The notes under the pieces: generated by a model
The model's input: the letters and a program-made list of their open reading frames with translations, nothing else
Database searches by the model: none
What the model was told of the DNA's origin: nothing
Part shown: piece after piece, positions 14,579-27,949 of the stretch
How the letters are laid out: each line of letters opens with the position of its first letter
Numbering within the stretch: the stretch's first letter is position 1
Program-made: the position numbers and the translations under genes
Origin: Eledone cirrhosa
Taxonomy: Eukaryota
Assembly: GCA_964016885.1 (NCBI GenBank)
Contig: OZ024744.1
Coordinates: forward strand, 18,786,001-18,850,000
Direction: 5' to 3'
DNA length: 64,000 nucleotides

Positions 14579-17500
14579 CGTATGTGTGTGTATGTCTGTA
14601 TCACGGTGTATGTCACTGTATCTTTGTGTATGCCTGTGTCACTGTGTATGTCACTGTGTGTTTCTGTATGTTTGTGTCACTGTGTATGTCACTGTATGTT
14701 TGTGTGTGTCTGTGTCACTGTGTATGTCAATGTCTCTGTGTCTTTCTGTATGTCTGTGTCTCTGTGTATGTCACTGTATCTTTGTGTATGTATGTGTCAC
14801 TGTGTATGTCACTGTGTGTTTCTGTATGTCTGTGTCACTGTGTATATCACTGTGTGTTTCTGTATATCTGTGTCTCTGTGTATGTCACTGTTTGTTTGCA
14901 TGTGTCTGTGTCACTGTGTATGTCAATGTCTCTGTGTGTTTCTGTATGTCTGTGTCTCTGTGTATGTCACTGTATCTTTGTGTATGTATGTGTCACTGTG
15001 TATGTCACTGTGTGTTTCTGTATGTCTGTGTGACTGTGTATGTCACTGTGTGTTTGTGTATGTCTGTGTCACTGTATGTTTCTGTATGTCTGTGTCACTG
15101 TGTATGTCACTGTGTGTTTCTGTATGTCTGTGTCACTGTGTATGTCACTAAATGTTTGTGTGTGTCTGTGTCTCTGTGTATGTCACTGTTTGTTTGCGTG
15201 TGTCTGTGTCACTGTGTATGTCACTGTGTGTTTCTGTATGTCTGTGTGACTGTGTATGTCACTGTTTGTTTGTGTATGTCTGTGTCACTGTGTGTGTTTC
15301 TGTATGTCTGTGTCACTGTGTATGTCATTGCATCTTTGTGTATGTCTGTCTCACTCTGTATGTCACTGTGTGTTTCTGCATGTCTGTGTCACTGTGTATG
15401 TCACTGTGTGTTTCTGTATGTCTGTGTCACTGTGTATCTCACTGTATGTTTCTGTATGTCTGTTTCACTGTGTATATCACTGTGTGTTTCTGTATGTCTG
15501 TGTCACTGTATATGTCACTGTATCTTTGTGTATGCCTGTGTCACTGTCTATGTCACTGTATGTTTCTGTATGTCTGTTTCACTGTGTATGTCACTGTATA
15601 TTTGTGTATGTCTGTGTCACTCTGTATGTCACTGTGTGTTTCTGTATGTCTGTGTCACTATGTATGCCACTGTATATTTGTGTTGTCTGTGTCATTGTGT
15701 ATGTCACTGGGTGTTTCTGTATGTCTGTGTCACTGTGTATGACACTGTGTCTTTCTGTATGTATGTATCAATGTGTATGTCACTGTGTGTATCTTTATGT
15801 CTGTGTCACTGTGTAAGTCATTGTATCTTTGTGTATGTCTGTGGCACTCTGTATGTCGTTGTGTGTTTCTGTATGTATGTGTCTCTGTGTATGTCACTGT
15901 ATATTTGTGTATGTATGTGTCACTGTGTATATCACTGTGAGTTTCTCTATGTCTGTGTCACTGTGTATGTCACTGTATGTCTCTGTATGTCTGTGTCACT
16001 GTCTATGTCACTGTATCTTTGTGTATGTCTGTGTCACTGTGTATGTCACTGTGTGTTTATGTATTTCTGTGTCTCTGTATGCCACTGTATCTTTGTGTAT
16101 GTCTGCGTCACTGTGTATGTAACTGTGTGTTTCTGTATGTCCTTTGTCACTGTGTATATCACAGTGTGTTTCTGTATATATGCGTCTCTGTGTATGTCAC
16201 TGTATCTTTGTGTATGTCTGTGTCACTGTGTGTTTCTGTATGTCTGTGTCACTGTGTATGTCACAGTGTGTTTCTGTATGTTTGTGTCACTGTGTACGTC
16301 ACTAAATGTTTGTGTGTGTCTGTGTCTCTGTGTATGTCACTGTTTGTTTGCGTGTGTCTGTGTCACTGTGTATGTCACTGTGTGTTTCTGTATGTCTGTG
16401 TGACTGTGTATGTCACTGTGTGTTTGTGTATGTCTGTGTCACTGTATGTTTCTGTATGTCTGTGTCACTGTGTATGTCACTGTGTGTTTCTGTATGTATG
16501 TGTCACCGTGTATGTCACTGTATCTTTGTGTATACCTGTGTCACTGTGTATGTCAATGTGTGTTTCTGTATGTCTGTGTCACTGTGTATGTCATTGCATC
16601 TTTGTGTATGTCTGTCTCACTCTGTATGTCACTGTGTGTTTCTGCATGTCTGTGTCACTGTGTATGTCACTGTGTGTTTGTGTATGTCTGTGTCACTGTG
16701 TATGTCACTGTATGTTTCTGTATGTCTGTTTCACTGTGTATATCACTGTGTGTTTCTGTATGTCTGTGTCATGGTGTATGTCACTGTATGTTTGTGTGTG
16801 ACTGTGTCACTGTGTACGTCACTGTGTGTTTGTGTATGTCTGTGTCACTGTATGTTTCTGTATGTCTATGTCACTGTGTATGTCAATGTGTGTTTCTGTA
16901 TGTCTATGTCACTGTGTATGTCATTGTATCTTTGTGTATGTCTGTGTCACTGTGTATGTCACAGTATGTTTCTGTAAGTTTGTGTCACTGTGTATGTCAC
17001 TGTGTGTTTCTGTATGTCTGTGTCTCTGTGTATGTCACTGTATGTTTCTGTATGTCCGTGTCACTGTATGTTTCTGTATGTCTGTTTCACTGTGTATGTC
17101 ACTGTGTCTTTATGTATGTCTGTGTCACTCTGTATGTCACTGTATATTTCTGTATGTCTGTGTCACTGTGTATGTCACTGTATGTTTCTGTATGTCTGTG
17201 TCACTGTGTATGTCACTGTATGTTTCTGTATGTCTGTGTCACTGTGTATGTCACTGTATCTTTGTGTATGTCTGTGTCCCTGTGTATGTCACTGTATGTT
17301 TCTGTATGTTTCTCTCACTGTGTATGTCACTGTGTGTTTCTGTATGTCTGTGTCTCTGTGTATGTCACTGTGTGTTTCTGCATGTTTGTGTCACTGTGTA
17401 TGTCACTAAATGTTTGTGTGTGTCTGTGTCTCTGTGTATGTCACTGTTTGTTTGCGTGTGTCTGTGTCACTGTGTATGTCACTGTGTGTTTCTGTATGTC

Positions 17501-20500
17501 TGTGTGACTGTGTATGTCACTGTGTGTTTGTGTATGTCTGTGTCACTGTATGTTTCTGTATGTCTGTGTCACTGTGTATGTCACTGTGTGTTTCTGTATG
17601 TATGTGTCACCGTGTATGTCACTGTATCTTTGTGTATGCCTGTGTCACTGTGTATGTCACTGTGTGTTTCTGTATGTCTGTGTCACTGTGTATGTCACTA
17701 AATGTTTGTGTGTGTCTGTGTCTCTGTGTATGTCACTGTTTGTTTGCGTGTGTCTGTGTCACTGTGTATGTCACTGTGTGTTTCTGTATGTCTGTGTGAC
17801 TGTGTATGTCACTGTTTGTTTGTGTATGTCTGTGTCACTGTGTGTGTTTCTGTATGTCTGTGTCACTGTGTATGTCATTGCATCTTTGTGTATGTCTGTC
17901 TCACTCTGTATGTCACTGTGTGTTTCTGCATGTCTGTGTCACTGTGTATGTCACTGTGTGTTTCTGTATGTCTGTGTCACTGTGTATGTCACTGTATGTT
18001 TCTGTATGTCTGTTTCACTGTGTATATCACTGTGTGTTTCTGTATGTCTGTGTCACTGTATATGTCACTGTATCTTTGTGTATGCCTGTGTCACTGTCTA
18101 TGTCACTGTATGTTTCTGTATGTCTGTTTCACTGTGTATGTCACTGTATATTTGTGTATGTCTGTGTCACTCTGTATGTCACTGTGTGTTTCTGTATGTC
18201 TGTGTCACTATGTATGCCACTGTATATTTGTGTTGTCTGTGTCATTGTGTATGTCACTGGGTGTTTCTGTATGTCTGTGTCACTGTGTATGACACTGTGT
18301 CTTTCTGTATGTATGTATCAATGTGTATGTCACTGTGTGTATATTTGTGTATGTATGTGTCACTGTGTATGTCACTGTGAGTTTCTCTATGTCTGTGTCA
18401 CTGTGTATGTCACTGTATGTCTCTGTATGTCTGTGTCACTGTCTATGTCACTGTATCTTTGTGTATGTCTGTGTCACTGTGTATGTCACTGTGTGTTTAT
18501 GTATTTCTGTGTCTCTGTATGCCACTGTATCTTTGTGTATGTCTGCGTCACTGTGTATGTAACTGTGTGTTTGTGTATGTCTGTGTCACTGTGTATATCA
18601 CAGTGTGTTTCTGTATATATGCGTCTCTGTGTATGTCACTGTATCTTTGTGTATGTCTGTGTCACTGTGTGTTTCTGTATGTCTGTGTCACTGTGTATGT
18701 CACAGTGTGTTTCTGTATATATGTGTCTCTGTGTATGTCACTGTATGTTTGTGTGTGTCTGTGTCACTGTGTATGTCACTGTGTGTTTGTGTATGTCTGT
18801 GTCACTGTATGTTTCTGTATGTCTGTGTCACTGTGTATGTCACCGTATGTGTGTGTATGTCTGTGTCACGGTGTATGTCACTGTATCTTTGTGTATGCCT
18901 GTGTCACTGTGTATGTCACTGTGTGTTTCTGTATGTCTGTGTCACTGTGTATGTCACTGTATGTTTGTGTGTGTCTGTGTCACTGTGTATGTCAATGTCT
19001 CTGTGTGTTTCTGTATGTCTGTGTCTCTGTGTATGTCACTGTATCTTTGTGTATGTATGTGTCACTGTGTATGTCACTGTGTGTTTCTGTGTGTCTGTGT
19101 CACTGTGTATATCACTGTGTGTTTCTGTATATCTGTGTCTCTGTGTATGTCACTGTATCTTTGTGTATGTCTCGGTCACTGTGTATGTCACTGTATATTT
19201 GTGTATGGATGTGTCACTGTGTATGTCACTGTATCTTTGTGTATGTCTGTGTCACTGTGTATGTCACACTGTGTTTCTGTATGTCTGTGTCACTGTCTAT
19301 GTCACTGTATGTTTCTGAATGTCTGTGTCACTGTGTATGTCACTGTGTGTTTCTGTATGTATGTGTCACGGTGTATGTCACTGTATGTTTGTGTGTGACA
19401 GTGTCACTGTGTATGTTACTGTGTGTTTGTGTATGTCTGTGTCACTGTATGTTTCTGTATGTCTGTGTCACTGTGTATGTCACTGTGTGTTTCTGTATGT
19501 CTGTGTCACTGTGTATGTCATTGTATCGTTGTGTATGTCTGTGTCACTGTGTATGTCACTGTGTGTTTCTGTATGTCTGTGTCTCTGTGTATGTCACTGT
19601 ATGTTTCTGTATGTCTGTTTCACTGTGTATGTCACTGTGTCTTTATGTATGTATGTGTCACTATGTATGTCACTGTATATTTCTGTATGTCTGTGCCACT
19701 GTGTATATCACTGTATGTTTCTGTATGTCTGTGTCACTGTGTATGTCACTGTGTGTTTCTGTATGGCTGTGTCACTGTGTATGTCACTGTATCTTTGTGT
19801 ATGTCTGTGTCACTGCGTATGTCACAGTGTGTTTCTGTATGTCTGTGTCACTGTCTATGTCACTGTATGTTTCTGAATGTCTGTGTCACTGTGTATGTCA
19901 CTGTGTGTTTGTGTATGTCTGTGTCACTGTATGTTTCTGTATGTATGTGTCACTGTGTATGTCACTGTGTGTTTCTGTATGTCTGTGTCACTGTGTATGA
20001 CATTGTATCTTTGTGTATGTCTGTGTCACTGTGTATGTCACTGTATGTTTCTGTATATTTGTGTCACTGTGTATATCACTGTATCCTTGTGTATGTCTGT
20101 GTCCCTGTGTATGTCACTGAATGTTTCTGTATGTTTGTGTCACTGTGTATGTCACTAAATGTTTGTGTGTGTCTGTGTCTCTGTGTATGTTACTGTTTGT
20201 TTGCGTGTGTCTGTGTCACTGTGTATGTCACTGTGTGTTTCTGTATGTCTGTGTGACTGTGTATGTCACTGTGTGTTTGCGTATGTCTGTGTCACTGTAT
20301 GGTTTTGTATGTCTGTGTCACTGTGTATGTCACTGTGTGTTTCTGTATGTATGTGTCACCGTGTATGTCACTGTATCTTTGTGTATGCCTGTGTCCCTGT
20401 GTATGTCACTGTGTGTTTCTGTATGTTTGTGTCACTGTGTATGTCACTGTATATTTCTGTATGTCTGTGTCACTGTGTATGTCACTGTATGTTTCTGTAT

Positions 20501-20890
20501 GTCTGTGTCACTGTGTATGTCACTGTGTGTTTCTGTATGTCTGTGTCACTGTATATGTCACTGTATCTTTGTGTATGCCTGTGTCACTGTTTATGTCACT
20601 GTATGTTTCTGTATGTCTGTTTCACTGTGTATGTCACTGTATATTTGTGTATGTCTGTGTCACTCTGTATGTCACTGTGTGTTTCTGTATGTCTGTGTCA
20701 CTATGTATGCCACTGTATGTTTGTGTTATCTGCGTCATTGTGTATGTCACTGGGTGTTTCTGTATGTGTGTGGCACTGTGTATGACACTGTCTGTTTCTG
20801 TATGTATGTATCACTGTGTATGTCACTGTGTGTTTCTGAATGTCTGTGTCACTATGTAAGTCATTGTATCTTTGTGTATGTCTGTGTCAA
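14450..20890 (+). repeat. About 6.4-kb duplicate of about 6700-13110 (offset 7698-7817)
   Basis: ORF pairs 7454/15152 (7698), 8493/16306, 9013/16826, 9889/17702 (7813), 10826/18605, 11540/19319 and 12380/20159 (7779). Rare markers tctcggtcac, tatggatgtg and gtttctctcac occur in both copies. Confidence 0.88.
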
Positions 20891-23800
20891 TGTGTAAGTC
20901 ATTGTATCTTTGTGTATGTATGTGGCACTCTGTATGTCGTTGTGTGTTTCTGTATGTATGTGTCACGGTGTATGTCACTGCATGTTTGTGTATGTCTGTG
21001 TGACTGTGTATGTCACTGTGTGTTTCTGTATGGCTGTGTCACTGTGTATGTCACTGTATCTTTGTGTATGTCTGTGTCACTGTGTATGTCACAGTGTGTT
21101 TCTGTATATCTGTGTCACTGTCTATGTCACTGTATGTTTCTGAATGTCTGTGTCACTGTGTATGTCACTGTGTGTTTCTGTATGTCTGTGTCACGGTGTA
21201 TGTCACTGTATGTTTGTGTGTGACAGTGTCACTGTGTATGTTACTGTGTGTTTGTGTATGTATGTGTCACTGTATGTTTCTGTATGTCTGTGTCACTGTG
21301 TATGTCACTGTGTGTTTCTGTATGTCTGTGTCACTGTGTATGTCATTGTATCTTTGTGTATGTCTGTGTCACTGTGTATGTCATTGTATGTTTCTGTAAG
21401 TTTGTGTCACTGTGTATGTCACTGTGTGGTTCTGTATGTCTGTGTCTCTGTGTATGTCACTGTATGTTTCTGTATGTCTGTTTCACTGTGTATGTCACTG
21501 TGTCTTTATGTATGTCTGTGTCACTCTGTATGTCACTGTATATTTCTGTATCTCTGTGTCACTGTGTATATCACTGTATGTTTCTGTATGTCTGTGTCAC
21601 TGTGTATGTCACTGTGTGTTTCTGTATGGCTGTGTCACTGTGTATGTCACTGTATCTTTGTGTATGTCTGTGTCACTGTGTATGTCACAGTGTGTTTCTG
21701 TATGTCTGTGTCACTGTCTATGTCACTGTATGTTTCTGAATGTCTGTGTCACTGTGTATGTCACTGTGTGTTTGTGTATGTCTGTGTCACTGTATGTTTC
21801 TGTATGTCTGTGTCACTGTGTATGTCACTGTGTGTTTCTGTATGTCTGTGTCACTGTGTATGACATTGTATCTTTGTGTATGTCTGTGTCACTGTGTATG
21901 TCACTGTATGTGTCTGTATGTTTGTGTCACTGTGTATGTCACTGTGTGTTTCTGTATGTCTGTGTCTCTGTGTATGTCACTGTATGTTTCTGTATGTCTG
22001 TTTCACTGTGTATGTCACTGTGTCTTTATGAATGTCTGTGTCACTCTGTATGTCACTGTATATTTCTGTATGTTTGTGTCACTGTGTATGTCACTGTGTG
22101 TTTCTGTATGTCTGTGTCACTGTGTATGTCACTGTGTGTTTCTGTATGTTTGTGTCACTGTGTATGTCACTAAATGTTTGTGTGTGTCTGTGTCTCTGTG
22201 TATGTCACTGTTTGTTTGCGTGTGTCTGTGTCACTGTGTATGTCACTGTGTGTTTCTGTATGTCTGTGTGACTGTGTATGTCACTGTGTGTTTGCGTATG
22301 TCTGTGTCACTGTATGTTTCTGTATGTCTGTGTCACTGTGTATGTCACTGTGTGTTTCTGTATGTATGTGTCACCGTGTATGTCACTGTATCTTTGTGTA
22401 TGCCTGTGTCACTGTGTATGTCACTGTGTGTTTCTGTATGTTTGTGTCACTGTGTATGTCACTGTATATTTCTGTATGTCTGTGTCACTGTGTATGTCAC
22501 TGTATGTTTCTGTATGTCTGTGTCACTGTGTGTTTCTGTATGTCTGTGTCACTGTATATGTCACTGTATCTTTGTGTATGCCTGTGTCACTGTTTATGTC
22601 ACTGTATGTTTCTGTATGTCTGTTTCACTGTGTATGTCACTGTATATTTGTGTATGTATGTGTCACTCTGTATGTCACTGTGTGTTTCTGTATGTCTGTG
22701 TCACTATGTATGCCACTGTATGTTTGTGTTATCTGTGTCATCGTGTATGTCACTGGGTGTTTCTGTATGTGTGTGTCACTGTGTACGACAATGTGTGTTT
22801 CTGTATGTATGTATCACTGTGTATGTCACTGTGTGTTTCTGAATGTCTGTGTCACTATGTAAGTCATTGTATCTTTGTGTATGTCTGTGGCACTCTGTAT
22901 GTTGTTGTGTGTTTCTGTATGTATCTGTCTCTGTGTATGTCACTGTATCTTTGTGTATGCATGTGTCACTGTGTATGTTACTGTGAGTTTATGTATGTCT
23001 GTGTCACTGTGTATGTCACTGTATGTCTATGTATGTCTGTGTCACTGTCTATGTCACTGTATCTTTGTGTATGTCTGTATTACTGTGTATGTCGCTGTGT
23101 GTTTATGTATGTCTGTGTCTCTGTGTATGTCACTGTATCTTTGCGTATGTCTGCGTCACTGTGTATGTCACTGTGTGTTTCTGTTTGTCTGTGTCACTGT
23201 GTATGTCACAATGTGTTTCTGTATATATGTGTCTCTGTGTATGTCACTGTATCTTTGTGTATGTCTGTGTCACTGTGTATGTCACTGTATGTTTCTGTAT
23301 GTATGTTTCACTGTGTATGGCACTACATGTTTGTGTGTCTCTGTGTCTCTGTGTATGTCACTGTGTGTTTGCGTGTGTCTGTGTCACTGTGTATGTCACT
23401 GTGTGTTTCTGTATGTCTGTGTGAGTGTGTATGTCACTGTTTGTTTGTGTATGTCTGTGTCACTGTGTGTGTTTCTGCATGTCTGTGTCACTGTGTATGT
23501 CACTGTGTGTTCCTGTATGTCTGTATCACTGTGTATGTCACTGTATGTTTCTGTATGTCTATTTCACTGTGTATATCACTGTGTGTTTCTGTATGTCTGT
23601 GTCACTGTATATGTCACTGTATCTTTGTGTATGCCTGTGTCATTGTCTATGTCACTGTATGTTTCTGTATGTCTGTTTCACTGTGTATGTCACTGTATAT
23701 TTGTGTATGTCTGTGTCACTCTGTATGTCACTGTGTGTTTCTGTATGTCTGTGTCACTATGTATGCCACTGTATGTTTGTGTTGTCTGTGTCATTGTGTA

Positions 23801-26800
23801 TGTCACTGGGTGTTTCTGTATGTCTGTGTCACTGTGTATGACACTGTGTCTTTCTGTATGTATGTATCACTGTGTATGTCACTGTGTGTATCTGTATGTA
23901 TGTGTCATTGTGTAAGCCATTGTATCTTTGTGTATGTCTGTGGCACTCTGTATGTCGTTGTGTGTTTCTGTATGTATGTGTCTCTGTGTATGTCACTGTA
24001 TATTTATGTATGTATGTGTCACTGTGTATGTCACTGTGAGTTTCTCTATGTCTGTGTCACTGTGTATGTCACTGTATGTCTCTGTATGTCTGTGTCACTG
24101 TCTATGTCACTGTAACTTTGTGTATGTCTGTGTCACTGTGTATGTCACTGTGTGTTTATGTATTTCTGTGTCTCTGTGTATGCCACTGTATCTTTGTGTA
24201 TGTCTGCGTCACTGTGTATGTCACTGTGTGTTTCTGTATGTCTGTGTCACTGTGTATGTCACAGTGTGTTTCTGTATATATGTGTCTCTGTGTATGTCAC
24301 TGTATCTTTGTGTATGCCTGTGTCACTGTGTGTTTCTGTATGTCTGTGTCACTGTGTATGTCACTGTATGTTTGTGTGTGTCTGTGTCACTGTGTATGTC
24401 ACTGTGTGTTTGTGTATGTCTGTGTCACTGTATGTTTCTGTATGCCTGTGTCACTGTGTATGTCACTGTGTGTTTCTGTATGTATGTGTCACTGTGTATG
24501 TCACCGTATGTGTGTGTGTGTGTCTGTGTCACGGTGTATGTCACTGTATCTTTGTGTATGCCTTGTCACTGTGTATGTCACTGTGTGTTTCTGTATGTCT
24601 GTGTCACTGTGTATGTCACTGTATGTTTGTGTGTGTCTGTGTCACTATGTATGTCAATGTCTCTGTGTGTTTCTGTATGTCTGTGTCTCTGTGTATGTCA
24701 CTGTATCTTTGTGTATGTATGTGTCACTGTGTATGTCACTGTGTGTTTCTGTATGTCTGTGTCACTGTGTATATCACTGTGTGTTTCTGTATATCTGTGT
24801 CTCTGTGTATGTCACTGTATCTTTGTGTATGTCTGGGTCACTGTGTATGTCACTGTATATTTGTGTATGTCTCTGTCACGGTGTATATCACTGTATGTTT
24901 GTGTATGTCTGTGTCACGGTGTATATCACTGTATGTTTGTGTATGTCTGTGTCACTGTGTATGTCACTGTGTGTTTCTGTATGTCTGTGTCACTGTGTAT
25001 GTCATTGTATCTTTGTGTATGTCTGTGTCACTGTGTATGTCACAGTATGTTTCTGTATGTTTGTGTCACTGTGTATGTCACTGTATGTTTCTGTATGTCT
25101 GTTTCTCTGTGTATGTCACTGTGTCTTTATGTATGTCTGTGTCACTCTGTATGTCACTGTATATTTCTGTATGTCTGTGTCACTGTGTATATCACTGTAT
25201 GTTTCTGTATGTCTGTGTCACTGTGTATGTCACTGTGTGTTTCTGTATGGCTGTGTCACTGTGTATGTCACTGTATCTTTGTGTATGTCTGTGTCACTGT
25301 GTATGTCACAGTGTGTTTCTGTATGTCTGTGTCACTGTCTATGTCACTGTATGTTTCTGAATGTCTGTGTCACTGTGTATGTCACTGTGTGTTTGTGTAT
25401 GTCTGTGTCACTGTATGTTTATGTATGTCTGTGTCACTGTGTATGTCACTGTGTGTTTCTGTATGTCTGTGTCACTGTGTATGACATTGTATCTTTGTGT
25501 ATGTCTGTGTCACTGTGTATGTCACTGTATGTTTCTCTATCTCTGTGTCACGGTGTATGTCACTGCATGATTGTGTATGTCTGTGTGACTGTGTATATCA
25601 CTGTGTGTTTCTGTATGGCTGTGTCACTGTGTATGTCACTGTATCTTTGTGTATGTCTGTGTCACTGTGTATGTCATAGTGTGTTTCTGTATGTCTGTGT
25701 CACTGTCTATGTCACTGTTTGTTTCTGAATGTCTGTGTCACTGTGTATGTCACTGTGTGTTTCTGTATGTCTGTGTCACGGTGTATGTCACTGTATGTTT
25801 GTGTGTGACTGTGTCACTCTGTATGTCACTGTGTGTTTCTGTATGTCTGTGTCACTGTATGTTTCTGTATGTCTGTGTCACTGTGTATGTCACTGTGTGT
25901 TTCTGTATGTCTGTGTCACTGTGTATGTCATTGTATCTTTGTGTATGTCTGTGTCACTGTGTATGTCACTGTATGTTTCTGTAAGTTCGTGTCACTGTGT
26001 ATGTCACTGTGTGTTTCTGTATGTCTGTGTCTCTGTGTATGTCACTGTATGTTTCTGTATGTCTGTTTCACTGTGTATGTCACTGTGTCTTTATGTATGT
26101 CTGTGTCACTCTGTATGTCACTGTATATTTCTGTATGTCTGTGTCACTGTGTATGTCACTGTATGTTTCTGTATGCTTGTGTCACTGTGTATGTCACTGT
26201 ATGTTTCTGTATGTCTGTTTCACTGTGTATGTCACTGTGTCTTTGTGTATGTCTGTGTCACTGTGTATGTCACTGTGTGTTTATGTATATCTGTGTCTCT
26301 GTGTATGCCACTGTATCTTTGTGTATGTCTGCGTCACTGTGTATGTCACTGTGTGTTTCTGTATGTCTGTGTCACTGTGTATGTCACTGTATGTTTGTGT
26401 GTGTCTGTGTCACTGTGTATGTCAATGTGTGTTTGTGTATGTATGTGTCACTGTATGTTTCTGGATGTCTGTGTCACTGTGTATGTCACCGTATGTGTGT
26501 GTATGTCTGTGTCACGGTGTATGTCACTGTGTGTTTCTGTATGTCTGTGTCACTGTGTATGTCACTGTATGTTTGTGTCTGTCTGTGTCACTGTGTATCT
26601 CAATGTCTCTGTGTGTTTCTGTTTGTCTGTGTCTCTGTGTATGTCACTGTATCTTTGTGTATGTATGTGTCACTGTGTATGTCACTGTGTGTTTCTGTAT
26701 GTCTGTGTCACTGTGTATATCACTGTGTGTTTCTGTATATCTGTGTCTCTGTGTATGTCACTGTATCTTTGTGTATGTCTGGGTCGTCACTGTGTATGTC

Positions 26801-27949
26801 ACTGTATATTTGTGTATGTCTGTGTTACGGTGTATATCACTGTATGTTTGTGTATGTCTGTGTCACTCTGTATGTCACTGTATATTTCTGTATGTCTGTG
26901 TCACTGTGTATATCACTGTATGTTTCTGTATGTCTGTGTCACTGTGTATGTCACAGTGTGTTTCTGTATGTCTGTGTCACTGTCTATGTCACTGTATGTT
27001 TCTGAATGTCTGTGTCACTGTGTATATCACTGTGTGTTTGTGTATGTCTGTGTCACTGTATGTTTCTGTATGTCTGTGTCACTGTGTATGACATTGTATC
27101 TTTGTGTATGTCTGTGTCACTGTGTATGTCACTGTATGTTTCTGTATGTTTGTGTCACTGTGTATGTCACTGTGTGTTACTGTATGTTTGTGTCACTGTG
27201 TATGTCACTAAATGTTTGCGTGTGTCTGTGTCACTGTGTATGTCACTGTATGTTTCTGTATGTCTGTTTCACTGTGTATATCACTGTGTGTTTCTGTATG
27301 TCTGTGTCACTGTATATGTCACTGTATCTTTGTGTATGTCTGTGTCACTGTCTATGTCACTGTATGTTTCTGTATGTCTGTTTCACTGTGTATGTCACTG
27401 TATATTTGTGTATGTCTGTGTCACTCTGTATGTCACTGTGTGTTTCTGTATGTCTATGTCACTATGTGTGCCACTGTATATTTGTGTTGTCTGTGTCATT
27501 GTGTATGTCACTGGGTGTTTCTGTATGTCTGTGTCACTGTGTATGACACTGTGTCTTTCTGTATGTATGTATCACTGTGTATGTCACTGTGTGTATCTGT
27601 ATGTCTGTGTCACTGTGTAAGTCATTGTATCTTTGTGTATGTCTGTGGCACTCTGTCTGTCGTTGTGTGTTTGTGTATGTATGTGTCTCTGTGTATGTCA
27701 CTGTATATTTGTGTATGTATGTGTCACTGTGTATGTCACTGTGAGTTTCTCTACGTCTGTGTCACTGTGTATGTCACTGTATGTCTCTGTATGTCTGTGT
27801 CACTGTCTATGTCACTGTATCTTTGTGTATGTCTGTGTCACTGTGTATGTCACTGTGTGTTTATGTATTTCTGTGTCTCTGTGTATGCCACTGTATCTTT
27901 GTGTATGTCTGCGTCACTGTGTATGTCACTGTGTGTTTCTTATGTCTGT

